From Plasmodiophora brassicae (taxonomy: Eukaryota), in NCBI GenBank assembly GCA_036867785.1, contig CP145414.1, positions 1,364,001-1,428,000 on the forward strand: a DNA stretch of 64,000 bases, read 5' to 3'. Position numbers and translations under genes: made by a program. The stretch's first letter is position 1. Every line of letters begins with the position of its first letter. Below are positions 60,267 to 64,000 of the stretch, piece after piece. A model generated the notes under the pieces. That model worked only from the letters and a program-made list of their open reading frames with translations, did not search any database and had not been told where the DNA came from.

Positions 60267-60594
60267 TGGCCGTGCCCCTACACGCTCCTGTAGGCACGTC
60301 CCCTGGTCCACATAATATTCATCAAATAAATGAATACGGACAGACGTGCGACGGCGCAATGGCCAGGTCGGTGGAAAGCAGCAGGCAACCCCGCGTATCG
60401 CATTCCAGATCAGTGCCACGGGTGCTGGCCGGCGACAGGGGTAGGTAACCATTTTGGCCATGATCAACGAGGGGGTGACGAACAGCGCGATGCCACCTCG
60501 CAGAGAGCGGGGCCACCTCCTGCCGCCGGGCCTATTTTTTGGTCGGCACTGACTGCGGCCAGAGTTGTTCGCGTCAGTCGTCGCTGAAGTTGCG

Positions 60595-61892
60595 ATGGTC
60601 GTCGCCGCCAACCACAATGAGGTCGTCAAGAACGTGGGCGACACGGTGCGTGCCACAAACCGAATCCTGATTACCGGCGCGTGCGGGTTCATCGGGTCGC
60701 ATCTGGTGAATTGCCATCGTCCTCGTCGATGACCTGGGCACTGGTACCCATTCGACGTCGTTGCTCAGACCGACCGACTCATGGAGGATCCCAACAATGA
60801 AGTTATTGCCGTTGACAACTGCTTCTCGGGCGACAAGCGGAACCTGCTCAAGTGGTTCGGCAACCCGCGTTTCGAATTCATCCGCCACGACGTCTGCCTG
60901 CCACTCACTGTCGAAGTACGGCAGCGTGTCACCCACAAATGCGCAATGCCCCTGACATCGGCACTCAGGTCGATCAGATATACCATCTAGCGTGCCCGGC
61001 ATCGCCCGTCTTCTATCAGCACAATCCCATCAAGACCGTGAAGACGGCGTTCCAAGGTACGCTGAACATGTGCGGACTGGCGAAACGCGTCAAGGCATGC
61101 CCCATTTGTATTATCGTTCTACGAGTGGCGCCCTACTGACTCGCGTGATTTGCCAGGCTCGTATCCTGCTTGCATCGACGTCCGAAATATACGGCGACCC
61201 ACAGGTACATCCTCAGGTTGAAACCTACTTCGGCAACGTCAACACTATCGGTATCCGGTCCTGTTACGATGAAGGCAAACGTGTCGCCGAAACGATCTGC
61301 TTCGAGTATCATCGTCTTCACCAAACGGACATTCGCGGTACGCGAACGTATCCCTTTTCGACAAGAAACACATATCATCTGACCGGCGACGTGGACAGTC
61401 GCCCGAATTTTCAACACGTACGGCCCGCGGATGCTGGAGAACGATGGGCGCGTGGTCTCGAACTTCATCGTCCAGGCGCTGAAGGGAACCCCGCTGACTG
61501 TCTATGGCGACGGTTCTCAGACGAGGTCATTCTGCTACGTCGACGACCTTGTCGACGGCCTCATTAGGTTAATGCAGGGCAGCGATGTGGGCCCAGTCAA
61601 TCTCGGTAACGTGCGCACCCGCTGTTGAAGCACCATGCACCGCTGACGCTCCTGCTATGCAGGGAATCCTGGCGAGTACACAATCAAGGAGCTGGCAGAG
61701 AAGATCCAAGGCATGATCAATCCGGCCGTGCCGGTTGTCTTCAAGCCGCTGCCATCTGATGACCCCACTCGCCGCAAACCGGATATCACACGCGCCAAAC
61801 AGAGCCTTTCCTGGGAGCCTCAGGTTCCACTCGAGAAGGGACTTCGCCTGACGATTGAAGATTTCAAGACTCGCGTCCGCGTCGCCAAATAG
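60595..61892 (+). CDS. UXS1: UDP-glucuronate decarboxylase (UDP-xylose synthase), multi-exon
   Basis: [69 protein letters not shown] and [10 protein letters not shown]. Confidence 0.96.
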
Positions 61893-63446
61893 CTGGCCCT
61901 GACCAGAAATACGGCCTTCAAGAGAACGTGCACGTCATAGTGGCGTCTAATGTCACAATGCATTCCATGTACTGTACTCTTACTTGCTTCATCTATAGCT
62001 GGTTTGCGTTTCGTCATGTTAGGTTGGGCTTAGGCGCCGTCAACTGGCAACTCTCCTGCATCCTACCCGACTGTATGTCGCGAGGACGATGGGTTGAGGG
62101 CACGTGGCTGCGCTGCTGCTCACATCTGGTACCAGTCGTGGTTACCACTTGTTCACACTTTGGTGACGAGCCTGGGTATCAAGTATGCACAGCGGCGAAC
62201 CTTCCTCGCGTTCCAGGACAACAGACTGCAAGTGGCCGGCGATCGACGTCTCTGACATAGTCCACATCATGCATGCACGCGAGAGTTCATTATTAACGCC
62301 TCTACTCGTAGGGAATCAACGAAATTGTGCTTGGAGGAGTTATACGCTCGTAGGCACACAGACGTTTGGACGGTACCAGAAGTTTTATCTTCACTCGAAT
62401 ACGACGGAAGAGAGCATTGCTAGCAGAGGCAGTCCAGAAAAACATTACTGTGCAGATATACGGGATAGAAAGGACGGCGTTGTTCGCCAAACGCTTCCAG
62501 CGCGGAAACGAGCGCCAACTGGTGAGGCAGCATACCGGATGGCGAAGATTAACAGTCCGCAATATATCAACCTCTTCATGGCATTGATCATTTTCAGGTT
62601 GGGTTTCGGGGCGCGGGCGACAGCGCCCACCGCTATCAGCGTTAGTGCCACAGCCTTCGGACGCCAGTTAGGATCTGCTTTGATCGATGGTAGTGGGTCC
62701 GGTCCGCGAATCGGTTCCTTGAAGTTGGCATCGAATATGGAGGCGAAGTATGAGGAACTATTGCCCTGAAATAATAGTAAACAAAAACCATATACGATAA
62801 GCAACGTACGCTAGCACAGACATCCGTCCCTAATCGACGAAACGGTGACAGGACATTCATGGTGGACAACCCCAGGCTAGCCTGTAGCGGCATCCGATTT
62901 CAGAGAAGCGATACATACGTGCGACTAATACAAACCTTAGTGACGTTTCTGGTTGACTGTGGCGGTGCGCTCTGAGGCAGCCTGTCCATCGCGGTTCGAG
63001 CACTGGAAACACCCTGCAGCAGCAGGTGACTTAAACGATCCACTCCTGCCAGTGTTACCCGACGCAGACATGGACCATGGGCTTGGTAAACATAACGGGA
63101 TGACGCAGGAATTTGGTAGGCCGAAGCAGGAATTTAGCGAGAAGATCCATGGGGGCGGGGAGACCGGCCTGAATCACCGTTTAGCCATGCGGCACGACTG
63201 CAGTGGAAGATGGCGGTCGCATACGAACGAATTCGACGCTGACGTGGTTCCATGCAGAACTGCAGCGATCAAGACGCAGGCGGCGACAGCGACGACGCGT
63301 GACATTGGCCGGACCCAGCCCGTGCGCCCGTGCGGTTGCGTATCTGCGTGCCGTCTGTCTGAGTGGTTTGTGCCCTGTGGGCCCAGTGCGGTGCTTCCGC
63401 GTTCTTCGGAGTCCGTCCTGCCTGGCCTGTTGTCCATCAACCCATC

Positions 63447-64000
63447 ATGGATCTCGCCAAGTTGCCACCCGCTTTCAAGCTCGACGTCCTGCGACGCCTG
63501 CAAGCCTCGCCAACAGACGATCCGGATCTGCCCGATTGCTGTTCCGCATCGGACAACACACCGCCTCCTGGCCTCCCACCTCTGCTGCACACCTCGCGCC
63601 TAACGCTAATCACAGGTGATACGCTTCGCGAATTACATGACCATGGATTCGCGGTCGTCGACGGATTTCTACGCGATGGCAAGTACGCCGATACGATGTC
63701 TGCATCAGGTGTAGACCTGGCACCGGCGTCCATGAATACGGCGTGGTCGACTTGGGTCGATGGGAGTATTCGTGGAGACAGCATGACGTTCTTGAGGCGC
63801 GACGATCCGACCATTCCAGATGCCATCATGAACGTTCGTAAGCTTCTCGACAAGTTGGCTCAGGAAATCGGGTCGGCGACAGGGATGTCTGTGCCCGAAC
63901 CCGAAATCCAGCTGGCGCGATACGACGGCAACGGCTCTCGATACCGGGCGCATTTGGATAGTACGGCAACGCGCTGCTCCCATCGCACGATCACTGCTGT
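63447..64000 (+). CDS. 2OG-Fe(II) oxygenase, EGLN/prolyl-4-hydroxylase-like (partial; runs off window end)
   Basis: LHDHGFAVVDGFL, IRGDSMTFL and EIQLARYDGNGSRYRAHLD..RTITA (HxD iron motif). Confidence 0.8.
   Translation, partial: MDLAKLPPAFKLDVLRRLQASPTDDPDLPDCCSASDNTPPPGLPPLLHTSRLTLITGDTLRELHDHGFAVVDGFLRDGKYADTMSASGVDLAPASMNTAWSTWVDGSIRGDSMTFLRRDDPTIPDAIMNVRKLLDKLAQEIGSATGMSVPEPEIQLARYDGNGSRYRAHLDSTATRCSHRTITA

Noticed and set aside
62185-62769. 194-aa ORF in a lower-GC segment with a weak transporter-like hydrophobic stretch
   Set aside because: Similarity is too weak and codon usage is unlike neighbouring genes. At most a decayed fragment.

Overview
Gene-dense, GC-rich eukaryotic DNA with many short (~45-75 nt) spliceosomal introns, mostly GT-AG and often with a CTGAC/CTAAC-like branch site. 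The style resembles a compact protist genome such as the phytomyxid Plasmodiophora; that is an inference, not verified. The first ~3.5 kb is accessory: an LRR gene built one repeat per exon, a 21-bp tandem array, an inverted duplication, the 3' half of a spliced Mutator-like (MULE/SWIM) transposase, and a Skp1-like gene that runs into it. The rest holds about 25 genes, mostly housekeeping: RtcB immediately followed by its cofactor archease, STT3, an EF-hand/WD40 protein, an ILEI+ankyrin protein, GlnRS, RPB1, a glutaredoxin-like protein, a DDB1/SF3B3/CPSF1-family propeller, MED13, a DGK1-type kinase, an F-BAR-like protein, isoaspartyl peptidase/asparaginase, a secreted Lys-rich repeat protein, VAP, PhnW-type aminoethylphosphonate transaminase, a degenerate OTC, uS15m, a NEK kinase, GON4L-like, EFHB-like, an inositol 5-phosphatase, UXS1 and a 2OG-Fe(II) oxygenase. 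The most notable observations are the operon-like RtcB-archease pair, the Skp1-like/MULE chimera, the Tyr/Phe-alternating Pol II CTD, the secreted histone-H1-like protein, and the probable pseudo-enzymes (OTC-like and glutaredoxin-like). Gene boundaries were read by eye across introns and are approximate.
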